Source: Paraphysomonas bandaiensis
Lineage: Eukaryota > Protista > Chrysophyceae
Direction of reading: 5' to 3'
Length of the DNA stretch: 64,000 nt
NCBI GenBank assembly: GCA_965644295.1
Contig: CBFFRP010000090.1
Coordinates: forward strand, 62,001-126,000
Made by a program: the position numbers and the translations under genes. Positions 11,101 through 20,789 of this stretch are shown one piece after another. Below the pieces are notes generated by a model. It ran no database searches and was not told the origin of the DNA. It was given only the letters and a program-made list of their open reading frames with translations. Within the stretch, counting starts at the first letter, position 1; every line of letters starts with the position of its first letter.

Positions 11101-12492
11101 CATACCATACAGGGCATTTCCGACACTGCGTGATGATATACGCTCCGTACACTGTCGTATCTTGTCACTCAATACAAGCACTATTTCTCTAACCTCCGGG
11201 TAACAACTAGACATACGCCTCAAGCCATAAAGCGCACTTCCAACACCCTGACCATCAAGACCCTCACTGGACTGTTTAATCCTCTTGCTTAGACAACGAA
11301 GAAGATCCCTGACCTCCTCGTGGGTAGCAGACATACTCTGTAAGCCATACATAGCGTTACTCATCTCCTGTGGACTCATATTGCCAGAAACCCTATCGAT
11401 ATGAGGAGTCAAATGAGATATCAAAATCCGAACTTCCTCGTAGTCACTTGACATTCCCTGGAGCCCATAGAGTGCATTCGATACAGCCTGAGGAGTGAGC
11501 TCTTGTTGGAAAGACTTGATCTTTTCCCCAAGTGATCTCACCAATTCACGGACCTCTGTGTGGTCACTGGTCATGGACTGCAGTCCATACAGAGCATTGC
11601 CAATCTCTTGAGGCCGAAGGGAATCACCACTATCATGCATACATCCACATAAAGCAGATAATAACTCTCGGACTTCTTTATACTGAGAGGACATTCTACG
11701 CATACCATACAATGCGTTTCCGATCGCCTGAGAGTTCAGTGGTTCAGGAGATGCGGCTATTTTTGTTGTGAGTGCTGTCAGTAACTCCCGCACTTCAGGA
11801 TAATCAGTCGACATATTCTGAAGTCCGTATAGTGCGCTTCCTATATTTCTGGCTGGTAATACATCTACACACCCTCTGACGTTTTGATTTATAGAAGATA
11901 TGAGACTACGCACTTCGCTATGTCGACTAGACATTCCTCGCAAACCGTACAATCCGTTACCCACTGCCTGTGCACTGAAAGCATCGTCACACTGTGATAT
12001 CCTATACGAAAAAACACTGAGAAATTTTCTAACATCCTCATATTCGGAAGACATTCCCTTCAATGAGTATAATATCGTCCCAATGTTCCGTTCATTGAGT
12101 TTAGTCGGTATACGTTCCATATGAATAGTCAATGCTCGCAACAACTCCATTGCACCGGAACTACGACTAGATAAGACACGCAGAGCATTAAGAGACTTAT
12201 ACACATCTCCTGCAGCCATTTTCTCGCAAGTCATCAGCTCCTTTGCGATACTGCAGAGATTCAACGCAGTGATGTGTGTGTTCCTGTACCCAAAGCCGTG
12301 TAAAACTGTAGCCAGGGCGGGTATGTCGCTATTCTCTATCAGCTCCTTCAGCTGACCACCAACAGGCAATCTCTTCTTGGTATTTGGAGGACGTCGTCGG
12401 GATGTGACAGTGGAAGCACTGCTACATAGTCGTCTGGTCAGAGAGATCGAATAGGCTCTGCATGGAGACCGCCTTAATATGATTGATAGCAT
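8194..12492 (-). CDS. Helical-repeat/RAP-domain protein A: 28 x 40-aa OPR-like repeats plus RAP domain, putatively mitochondrial
   Basis: Intronless 1432-aa ORF (ATG at 12492; the ORF-track start 12495 is GTG). Arg/Ser-rich, acid-free N-terminus. Repeat consensus LxxQxIGNALYGLQxMSSxxxEVRxLLxxLxxKI. C-terminal HGFEADILL...INIEIDGPTHQY...RDRYL...GVRIYRV is a RAP-type signature. Confidence 0.85.
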   Translation of the reverse strand: MLSIILRRSPCRAYSISLTRRLCSSASTVTSRRRPPNTKKRLPVGGQLKELIENSDIPALATVLHGFGYRNTHITALNLCSIAKELMTCEKMAAGDVYKSLNALRVLSSRSSGAMELLRALTIHMERIPTKLNERNIGTILYSLKGMSSEYEDVRKFLSVFSYRISQCDDAFSAQAVGNGLYGLRGMSSRHSEVRSLISSINQNVRGCVDVLPARNIGSALYGLQNMSTDYPEVRELLTALTTKIAASPEPLNSQAIGNALYGMRRMSSQYKEVRELLSALCGCMHDSGDSLRPQEIGNALYGLQSMTSDHTEVRELVRSLGEKIKSFQQELTPQAVSNALYGLQGMSSDYEEVRILISHLTPHIDRVSGNMSPQEMSNAMYGLQSMSATHEEVRDLLRCLSKRIKQSSEGLDGQGVGSALYGLRRMSSCYPEVREIVLVLSDKIRQCTERISSRSVGNALYGMQGMCSSHSEVRDMLAALTPLISDCDDLFHSYTLSKSLFGFQNMSCESSEVRSLLAILSSKFSSVSGNFSGQDIGCSLYGLKNMSSYSSEVRQLVFILTQCVIESDAVMERYSLASALYGLRGMSSEHAEVCALAHSLSTKILSCSEPLNDLEISGALFGLRNMSSSHSEVVSLLSALTKNISSSTEPLSAQAIGNVLYGMRKMSCEHSEVRELISALTSRIYSSKAIIDSQILGNALYGLQNMSTDYPEVRELLTALTTKIAASPEPLNSQAIGNALYGMRRMSSQYKEVRELLSALCGCMHDSGDSLRPQEIGNALYGLQSMTSDHTEVRQVIPILTRLILLGNQALSSLEIGSAIYGLQNMSTDYPEVRELLTALTTKIAASPEPLKSQAIGNALYGMRRMSSQYKEVRELLSALCGCMHDSGDSLRPQEIGNALYGLQSMTSDHTEVRELVRSLGEKIKSFQQELTPQAVSNALYGLQGMSSDYEEVRILISHLTPHIDRVSGNMSPQEMGIAVYGLQSMSATHEEVRDLLRCLSKRIKQSSEGLDEQGVGSALYGLRRMSSCYPEVREIVLVLSDKIRQCTERISSCSVGNALYGMQKFTSYHPEVRTLLSVLVGHVSASPGALESQHISSALYGMQGMCSSHSEVRDMLVALAPKIFQCSDALRPAEIGAAFYGLQGMSSEYPEVRVVLQALSSKMQSCDEPLGSQAIGIAVYGLQRMSSHYPEVRDVLGLLASRIRTDLSLLPPQTLSQCLYGLQGMSAQHVAVSMFLSSALEKVPSNVQEYVTCEVTGQSLWGYEGAMDLWRSVDLFLHGVKDIPENVKCRLVEILREVSTLTIKETRGVCQVKHSQSNTQDLFLREIQSFVNDCGLDAKVTSNIYIHGFEADILLTSGDGRVINIEIDGPTHQYPRSNLFDTVRDRYLSEAHGVRIYRVNLANHTVDSEIDVRNVVRNHVQSAVTSLFNL
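8740..12099 (-). repeat. Coding tandem array of 28 x 120-bp units with near-identical duplicated blocks
   Basis: Exact 40-aa periodicity. Identical blocks recur at offsets of 360, 1440 and 1800 bp (e.g. near-identical shadow ORFs at 9732 and 11532). Confidence 0.95.
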
Positions 12493-13039
12493 CACAGTTA
12501 CTTATGAAACCCTCGCATCATATCATCATATTCATATACTTATATTCATGTGCATTGATTGGATATCGCCCTCTCACTTCGTCTTCATTGTCCGTGAAGT
12601 TTAAATAGTCTCATATACAGCAGTACATATGCAGATGTACTCTTAGCGTATATGTGTACTATCGTATAGATGTGCAGGCTATATGCGGCTATCATCCTCC
12701 ATCAAATTATTTTTTAGGGTGGACTGAATACCCTCGTAGTACACTATACTATGTACTGCTAGACTCATATGTAGAGTAGTACGGTATGTATGCGGTGGTA
12801 CTGTACAGTGAGCGGGTTGCTGACACACACTGGAGCTGCTCTTAATAGAGCGACTGGTTATATATATACCACACCAGCTCGCTATGCATATTGAGGCTAT
12901 CTACATCATGTCTTGATATGCAGTAGAGTATATATCTCAATGATTCCATCGCACTGGTGACTCATACATACATATCATGAGAGACGACTGTCACTGGTAG
13001 ACGACATATAGACATAGATATATACTGACCACTGGCTAT
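12493..13039. promoter_or_regulatory. Putative bidirectional promoter of the repeat/RAP gene pair
   Basis: 547-bp spacer between divergent ATGs, rich in alternating purine-pyrimidine tracts (tatatg, gtgtac, catac) like the other divergent spacers in the window. Confidence 0.5.
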
Positions 13040-15526
13040 ATGTGGCGCATTACAGTCAGATTGAAACGGACGACTCTGCCGACGAGACGAATTAATAGTT
13101 CAATCAAGAAGGTTGCCAAACAAAAGAATACTAGAAGCATCCCTCCTGCTATAGGGAACATACTTGATGACATTGTCGGAAAGAAAGACTTGTCTGCCAT
13201 TGCTTCATTGCTTTATTCTTGTGGAAAGAGTAAATTTGCACTTCCAAACCATGTTCTATACAGCATTGCAAGAGAAGTGCATAACTGTGCCCCAGTTACC
13301 AGTGTCAGTGATATTGACAAGTCGTTTAACGCCCTCCGTGTCTTATCCAGTCGTAGTCCCGGTGCAATGGAGTTGTTGCGAGCATTGAGCATTCGTCTTG
13401 AGCGGGTGTCAACCAAACTCACACAACGGAACATTGGGTCGATATTATTTTCATTGAAGGGTATGTCTTCCGAATATGAGGATGTTAGAAAGCTTCTTAG
13501 TATACTATCCGAGAAAATATATCTCTGTGAAGATAATTTTAGTGCACAAGCAGTGGGTAACGGGTTGTACGGTTTGCGAGGAATGTCTTGTAGTCATCCG
13601 GAGGTCAGGAAGTTACTAACAGCGCTTACTACCAGAGTAGCCGCATCATCTGAGCCACTTAACTCTCAGGCGATCGGAAACGCATTGTATGGCATGCGCA
13701 GAATGTCTTCAGAGTATAAAGAAGTCCGTGAACTGTTGTCTGTTCTTACTATAGGTATCGATGCTAGTACAGATATCATGCGAACACAGGAAATCGGAAA
13801 CGCGATATATGGCCTTCAAGGAATGTCAAGCGAGGAAAATGAAGTCCGTAGGCTACTGGCAGCAATAAAACGAAAACTTGATAACTGCAATGGATTATTT
13901 CGGCCTCAAGAGATTGGCAATGCTCTGTATGGACTGCAGTCCATGACCAGTGACCACACAGAGGTCCGTGAATTGGTGAGATCACTTGGGGAAAAGATCA
14001 AGTCTTTCCAACAAGAGCTCACTCCTCAGGCTGTATCGAATGCACTCTATGGGCTCCAGGGAATGTCAAGTGACTACGAGGAAGTTCGGATTTTGATATC
14101 TCATTTGACTCCTCATATCGATAGGGTTTCTGGCAATATGAGTCCACAGGAGATGAGTAACGCTATGTATGGCTTACAGAGTATGTCTGCTACCCACGAG
14201 GAGGTCAGGGATCTTCTTCGTTGTCTAAGCAAGAGGATTAAACAGTCCAGTGAGGGTCTTGATGGTCAGGGTGTTGGAAGTGCGCTTTATGGCTTGAGGC
14301 GTATGTCTAGTTGTTACCCGGAGGTTAGGGAAATAGTGCTTGTATTGAGTGACAAGATACGACAGTGTACGGAGCGTATATCGTCACGCAGTGTCGGGAA
14401 TGCCCTGTATGGTATGCAGAAGTTTACTAGTTATCATCCTGAAGTGCGAACACTACTGAGTGTGCTCGTAGGGCACGTATCTGCTAGCCCTGGTGCACTG
14501 GAATCGCAGCATATTAGTAGTGCGCTGTATGGTATGCAAGGCATGTGTAGCAGTCACTCTGAAGTACGCGACATGCTAGTTGCACTTATTCCCAAGATAT
14601 TTCAATGTAGTGATACTCTTCGTCCTGCAGAGATTGGTGCAGCATTTTATGGACTTCAGGGTATGAGTAGCGAATATCCAGAGGTCCGTGTTGTATTGCA
14701 AGCTCTAAGCAGTAAGATGCAGTCATGTGATGAGCCGTTGGGTTCTCAAGCGATAGGGATCGCTGTGTATGGTCTGCAGCGCATGTCCAGTCACTACCCG
14801 GAGGTTAGGGACGTGTTGGGTTTACTGGCTTCAAGAATTCGAACTGACTTGTCACTCCTACCTCCACAGACGCTTAGTCAATGTCTATATGGCCTTCAGG
14901 GCATGTCAGCGCAGCATGTAGCGGTTAGTATGTTTTTGTCTTCTGCACTGGAAAAAGTACCCTCCAATGTACAGGAATACGTCACATGTGAGGTCACTGG
15001 TCAGTCCTTGTGGGGATATGAAGGGGCGATGGATTTATGGCGATCTGTCGACTTGTTTCTACATGGTGTGAAAGATATACCTGAGAATGTAAAATGTAGG
15101 TTGGTGGAGATTCTGAGGGAAGTAAGCACACTTACTATCAAAGAAACTCGTGGTGTCTGTCAAGTCAAGCATAGTCAGTCGAATACCCAGGATCTGTTTT
15201 TGCGTGAAATTCAATCATTTGTAAATGACTGTGGGTTGGATGCGAAAGTAACTAGTAACATATACATTCACGGGTTCGAGGCAGATATACTCCTCACCAG
15301 TGGCGATGGCAGAGTGATAAACATCGAAATCGACGGCCCAACGCACCAGTACCCTAGGAGTAATTTATTTGATACAGTTCGTGATAGGTACTTATCGGAG
15401 GCACATGGAGTTCGTATATACCGTGTAAATTTGGCGAAGATATTTTATGGCTCCAACGTAGACGTTAGAAATTCTGTTAGAGATAAGATTCGGAGACTGT
15501 GTATTGAACCATTTTATAATTCATAG
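13040..15526 (+). CDS. Helical-repeat/RAP-domain protein B: 13 x 40-aa repeats (13418-14977) plus RAP domain, putatively mitochondrial
   Basis: Intronless 828-aa ORF. Basic presequence-like N-terminus (MWRITVRLKRTTLPTRR). Same repeat consensus and RAP core (about 15254-15432) as protein A. Confidence 0.85.
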   Translation: MWRITVRLKRTTLPTRRINSSIKKVAKQKNTRSIPPAIGNILDDIVGKKDLSAIASLLYSCGKSKFALPNHVLYSIAREVHNCAPVTSVSDIDKSFNALRVLSSRSPGAMELLRALSIRLERVSTKLTQRNIGSILFSLKGMSSEYEDVRKLLSILSEKIYLCEDNFSAQAVGNGLYGLRGMSCSHPEVRKLLTALTTRVAASSEPLNSQAIGNALYGMRRMSSEYKEVRELLSVLTIGIDASTDIMRTQEIGNAIYGLQGMSSEENEVRRLLAAIKRKLDNCNGLFRPQEIGNALYGLQSMTSDHTEVRELVRSLGEKIKSFQQELTPQAVSNALYGLQGMSSDYEEVRILISHLTPHIDRVSGNMSPQEMSNAMYGLQSMSATHEEVRDLLRCLSKRIKQSSEGLDGQGVGSALYGLRRMSSCYPEVREIVLVLSDKIRQCTERISSRSVGNALYGMQKFTSYHPEVRTLLSVLVGHVSASPGALESQHISSALYGMQGMCSSHSEVRDMLVALIPKIFQCSDTLRPAEIGAAFYGLQGMSSEYPEVRVVLQALSSKMQSCDEPLGSQAIGIAVYGLQRMSSHYPEVRDVLGLLASRIRTDLSLLPPQTLSQCLYGLQGMSAQHVAVSMFLSSALEKVPSNVQEYVTCEVTGQSLWGYEGAMDLWRSVDLFLHGVKDIPENVKCRLVEILREVSTLTIKETRGVCQVKHSQSNTQDLFLREIQSFVNDCGLDAKVTSNIYIHGFEADILLTSGDGRVINIEIDGPTHQYPRSNLFDTVRDRYLSEAHGVRIYRVNLAKIFYGSNVDVRNSVRDKIRRLCIEPFYNS

Positions 15527-16660
15527 AACTTTGCATAGATTTTTGAAAAGTTTCCCACTGTTTATGGTTTATGGCCTACCCTTGTAAAGTCGTAAATTTC
15601 TTTACGTTTTCCGTATGCAGAGAAACATTGCATTATAATTCGAATAGGAATAATACTCAGTTTGAACTTGTCATGTAAAATTATCGTACGTATGCAAGAA
15701 TTTGTATTATTCGAAAAGTGACATATAGTCACAACATCATAGTTGTAGGTTGTAGTAAATGTCTGCTTAGTTAGCAATAGGAGTTTAAGAGTCAAGACCA
15801 GATAAGTAGTTATATGACAAACTCGCCAAGCTAGATAAGCATTTACAAATTTTTAACTAGCGCAATCTCTGATATCCTACTATTTTGCGCTTCGATAATT
15901 GTCACATCGTCACATCATCTACTCTCAAGAAATAACTTAACGAAGCATATTCAGGTATAAACATATAGAATATTATATTTTGGGAAATATTATTCAATCA
16001 AGTCACACTGAGCTTGGTATAAAAACCTAGTTCAAGTAATAAATACTAATGCAGTATATGCGTTCAGTGTTCATTAATTGATGGTAAAAATACCATTAGC
16101 CCCTAGTCATTCTACTACTGGACAACCTTGTCATTAGGAACTAAAAATAAGAATTAGTTTTTAATCTCTTGACTAGGTATTTATACTGTTTGACGTGACT
16201 GGGTTCAATAATAGATCCCTTAAATTTCAAGGTGCCACGAATAAGCAAATTTTTCATAAACTTGGTAAATATGTGATTCTTAAACTTGGTAAAGTGGTTT
16301 CAATGTAGTTGGAGAATAGATATATATTATATATATATTATTCTACCTATAGTCACACTAATTTAGGTTGTATTATTACTAAAGGTTGGGGATAATAAAC
16401 AACGTGTAAGTTTCTTAAATGCAACAGAGAAGAAACGAGTTTTTGTCAAGATTTTTTTTCTGAATCCTTATGTGTGCAGAATTTCTACCCAAATAGTTAA
16501 GAAAATAGCAGGTGTTCCATTTTTATTTGACGTAAATCTTTAGCTTTTGAACAGGAAACGAGATGTTTGAAGTAATATTATGCTACCACACATAAATATC
16601 TCATTATCATTGCTAAGTGTTCTAATCGTAATTCCCCTGGGGTCGTATATAAAAGTTAAT

Positions 16661-17118
16661 CCCTCAACAAAGTTGGACTCACACCTTTTCGTGGTGTTCT
16701 GGGGGCTGGGGGATAAGTACCGGAGATATTTCTCTGGGAAACTAACGTGAGCCGCATAATATATAGTATATAGTCAGCAGATACTGTTCTGCTCACTCAT
16801 AGCCTAATATAAGTGTCACTTGTGTAGACGTCTTTGGGCCTTGACGAATACACAGGCATCCGGAAATCCGGAAATGGGCCCACTACAAGGGCATCCGGGG
16901 TATTGGGCTATCTACTGAAGTCAAGCATCCGGGCTGTTCACCTGAAGGACAGAGAGCGGAGGTGGTTACACCTTGGTGCTTGCGGTGACGCATGGGCAAA
17001 TTTCGTAGCGCCAAATAGCAAATAGTATGATATCAGAGTTAAGCACTAGTTAGCTAAATTGTTTTGTGACATAGTTCTGAGTCTTACACACCTATTGCAA
17101 ATAATCAGACATTCACTA
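16661..17118 (+). mobile_element. SINE-like family X copy
   Basis: Begins ccctcaacaaagttggactcacacc as at 27233 and 1653 (reverse complement). Contains the ggtgcttgcg-gtga-cgca hairpin and the cctattgc...aatcagacattca tail. Confidence 0.7.
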
Positions 17119-17356
17119 CTACTGTAGAACTGTAGAATAGGTAATAACAGCAGTCAAAATCATGAGAAGATTTTATTTACAGAGCATATCCTATATATAT
17201 CATGTATTGACTTGTGAGTAAATTGTTATCCGAAAGTAGTAACGACCTGCCTAGTGTTGAGTTTCTTTTGAGATTTAGAACTATTTAGACTAAAATTAAA
17301 ATGGATTATATCAAACTAATGGTAATACAAAGTTCGATGGCGACCAACACAGATAA

Positions 17357-19532
17357 TTAAAATTTCGGAACTACAATATATATTTCTCTATCAGTTGGCC
17401 ACGACAATACAACACTAATATACACAACATGCTTTTCGCTGTCGACAGAAATGGCTTCAACTTCTTCAAAGTGGCGAAATCCTGTCAATTCAGTGCGGGA
17501 AGCAACACCCTCAGGAGTTAGTACTATAAGTGTTCTATCTTCAATGACATACATATATCCATCGCCTCCTAGTGCACTGCAACTAAAGAAGTCACCTGTT
17601 TTGTACACCTCATGTGCTGCTCCTTCACCATCTCTTCTAAATCCTACGTAACCTATTTCATTATCAACTACGAATGCGCTCATGTCCGGTCTTAACCAGA
17701 CGTTCGCACCCAAGTTCTCAAGCACAGATGTCAAACCCACAAAGCGAGACAGAGTTCCTTTAGAGGCGTCAAACAGTAGTGGGGCAGCACATTTAACCGT
17801 AAATATTACACACTGCGCCAACACTGGGTGCATTTGTATCATCGCCACCTCAGAGGAATTTATCCCCACACCGCCGTTGTCGTACGCCCAATTCAAACGA
17901 AATTTCCTATATACAAAACTTAAACGCAGACACGAAAAAATATATACTCACGCTTTCTCAGAGGCTTTTCCAGAGGCTTTGTAACAAACTTTTTTGTGTC
18001 CATTAGTCCAGTGAGCCCTGTGACACTCACGGCTACAATACCCCACACACACACATCTGGAGCAGTACAATGGCTCCGGTGAACATATATTTCCACAAAA
18101 AGAACAACAAAATGAACTTGACTTATCAACAACAGAATACTCCATAATAAAGCCACATGTCAATACCACAAAAGAATCTGCGGAGCTAGTCGTCACTGCC
18201 CTTATTGTGGTGCCGTCAGGGTAGCGTATGGAGTAACAAACTCGTCGCCTTTTTATAATATTGACAGTTGTTTCCGCTGAAGCCATTAACCCGACTAACG
18301 CATTCTGACGAGGAAGAAAACATGTCCTAAACCTTCCACCAGAAGCATTCAACTCGTCAGAAATGGGACAAAATGGTAGTGCCTCTTTTTGAAACTGTCC
18401 CCTAAACGTGCCATTGTGCGCGCGGACCTGATCGATTCATCAGCGAAATGTAGTGAAATAACAATCATGCATGAAAATTTGTATCTAAAGCTCTACAGGT
18501 AAAGTAAAACAGTGAAACACAACTCACAAATGCAATCGACTCCTCTCGATTCTGTCGAGCTAATTTGCGGTGATGTTGTAGACGACGAGCAAGGGCTCGT
18601 TCCTGAAAAGTCGGAGGTCGAGGGACCTTATCAGGCAATGGCGTCGCACAGGCAGGGCACGTATTATCATGCAAGAACATACTTTCCAAACAGTTCCAGT
18701 GCACGGGATGGCCACACTGTGGTAGTTTCAATAGCAGTGAATCTTCAGTCTGTTCGCTACGGTCGAGGCCCCCGGAACAAATCGCACATACGCTATTCGG
18801 CTCCAGAAAGTTCGCTAGTGTGGATGAAGGAACAGCCAATAAACGACAACCAGTTTGAACATTTAGTGGTGTAGGCTGCCCGGCGGGTAAGTCCTTCATA
18901 TTCCACCGTTATATACATTATATTTAGTGGTATACACATACCCTGGGTCCACGCTCTCCACACTTATACATGTAAGAATATTTCGGCGCAGATACATTAC
19001 ACGCAATAGCAATGCGTGCCTCCAAGTGGCATCTTTTCCAGCGAGTAGGAATTGGAGTATCGCATTCGTGTTGCAGTCCAGGACACATTTTAATAACCCC
19101 AGTGTAGCCAAAGAACATTTTCAAATTGTCTTCGTTGTCTTCCCCGTACGAAACAAGGGCCTCCATTAGACGCTTCTCGCTTACAAGCTCATCTGATATA
19201 TCGTAACCACAGCGATTGGCTAAAGAAAAAGCTTTGGGGTTTCGTACAACAAGTGATATCGACTGCATCATATCCATAACATTCTTGTCGTCACACGGAT
19301 ACAGTGAATCCAATACAGAGTAATACCCTGCTTTGCGGTTACTTTTCTCTGTACCACACACTTCTTGATGGTCTTCAAAGTGTCTGTCTTGACATGAATT
19401 AGAGCAATACACTGCAACACAGTTATTCTGCTGGCAATCTACTCGTGAATCGTTTATTTCCATGCCGCAAAAATAACACTCCATTCCACTGACTATGTCC
19501 GTGTTCATGTCTGGAGAAACACTATGCTGCAT
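17357..19532 (-). CDS. MYND / RING-H2 / MYND zinc-finger protein, probably 4 exons
   Basis: MYND-like CYFC...YCSNSCQDRHFEDHQEVC; RING-H2 CAIC...CGHPVHWNC...CPAC; second MYND CSFC...CSRC...YCSRECHRAHWTNGHKKVC. GT donors (gtatgt ~18941, gtgagt ~18528, gtgagt ~17951) and AG acceptors can link the four ORFs. Confidence 0.7.
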
Positions 19533-20021
19533 GGTGTAATAGATAGTAGTGAAGAATTCCCCTCGAATGAAGTGAAGAGGGTGTCATGTCAAGGGAACAG
19601 TCATCTGATATTAAATGAATAGGTTAAGATAGGCAGGCCCTCACGGACCCATACAGGAACAGCAACAACAACCTACTTTGTAACACCAAATATTAGGAGT
19701 AAGGCAGAAACCCCCACTTTTCTCAAAATCATACAGAAAAGTAAGGATTTTCACAAAAAGAAAATATAAACTTCTAGGAAGTTCGTAGATATGTACTCTG
19801 TAGTGTTGGTGTGTATGTGAGGTGTGTGGAGCCATTGATTGTGTTCCACTGTTCCAGAAGTGTCCCATCAATAGACACTCTCGTATACTTGTATACTTGG
19901 TGTGTCTACTTCACCACATGTACGACGCAGTGTATAAGTAACTAAATCTCCCGAGAGTTTTCATAGTCTACAAACACATAACATAACTCTGCTCATATAT
20001 AGTACGACATTGTTTTAAAAA

Positions 20022-20789
20022 ATGGCTGACTCTTGGGAAGACGAAGATCCTGATGATTATGCTACCCCACAGGTTTCCACTAAAGCCAATTGGGATGATG
20101 AGGACGAGGAAGAGGACGAGACACTCATTGAGCAAAGGAGAGCAGCTGAGGCAGCAGCAGCAGCAGCTAAACCCACACCCGCTCAAATAGAGGCACAGAA
20201 GAAGAGGGAGAGAGATGAGGCAGCTAAATTGGAGAACCAGTTAAAGTTCGCTCAACAGGAAAATGAAACTGAAGAGCAGCGTAGAATACGAGAGAGGAAG
20301 CAGGTTGAGGAGGCAGATGCGGACATCACTGCTGAACTGTTTAACGCGGGTGGAAATCCTACTGCTGCCAAGCGAACTGTGTCTTCTGGGGTGGCTGGAA
20401 TTTCTCTTAGAAATAGAGAAGACCACGTCAACTTCGGTATCACAGTAGCCAATAAATTGGCGGACTCCACATCGTTCTGTCTTACTGCTTTCCTAACCGA
20501 GGTCCTTAAACGAGATGGAGAAAAGCTTTCCGCAGAGAGCTTATCTACTCTATCTACTGAAATCGCGGTAGATTTCTACGCAATGTGCTCAGCTTTGTAC
20601 TAACGGTAAATATTTTAGAAACTACAAAAGACGAAAAAACAGGCGGAGGATCTGGTCAACAAAGGCAAGCACAAGTCCAAGAAAGCCGAGAAGGCTAAGG
20701 CCAAGAGACACGCAGACATTTTTGGTGATCCCGAGGACGATATGCCAGAATATGAGGAGTACGGAAACATAGAAGATGACTTTTTCTGA
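20022..20789 (+). CDS. EIF3J: Translation initiation factor eIF3 subunit J (exons 20022-20567 and 20619-20789)
   Basis: MADSWEDED...NWDDEDEE, ERKQVEEAD...ELF, acidic C-terminus EDDFF. A 51-nt GT-AG intron restores the frame. Confidence 0.85.

Larger units (their letters stand above)
8285..15432. repeat. Long inverted repeat: arms 8285-9817 and 13900-15432 (about 1.53 kb each), with a second partial arm at about 11100-11617
   Basis: Gene A repeats 20-28 plus RAP are nearly identical in DNA and protein to gene B repeats 5-13 plus RAP. The genes are on opposite strands. Confidence 0.95.

Noticed and set aside
9300-11620. Diversity-generating retroelement (template/variable repeat pair)
   Set aside because: Differences are not adenine-specific and the only RT in the window is an ordinary Copia RT.
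8740-14977. 120-bp periodic repeats as a CRISPR-like or non-coding array
   Set aside because: The units are contiguous in-frame codons of long ORFs. There is no constant repeat/unique spacer structure and no cas genes, and the context is eukaryotic.
8194-15526. True TALE, PPR or LRR identity for the repeats
   Set aside because: The length is 40 aa (TALE about 34, PPR 35) and there is no LxxLxLxxN motif. The QxIxNxL helix plus RAP domain fits OPR-like solenoids better. TALE is only an analogy.
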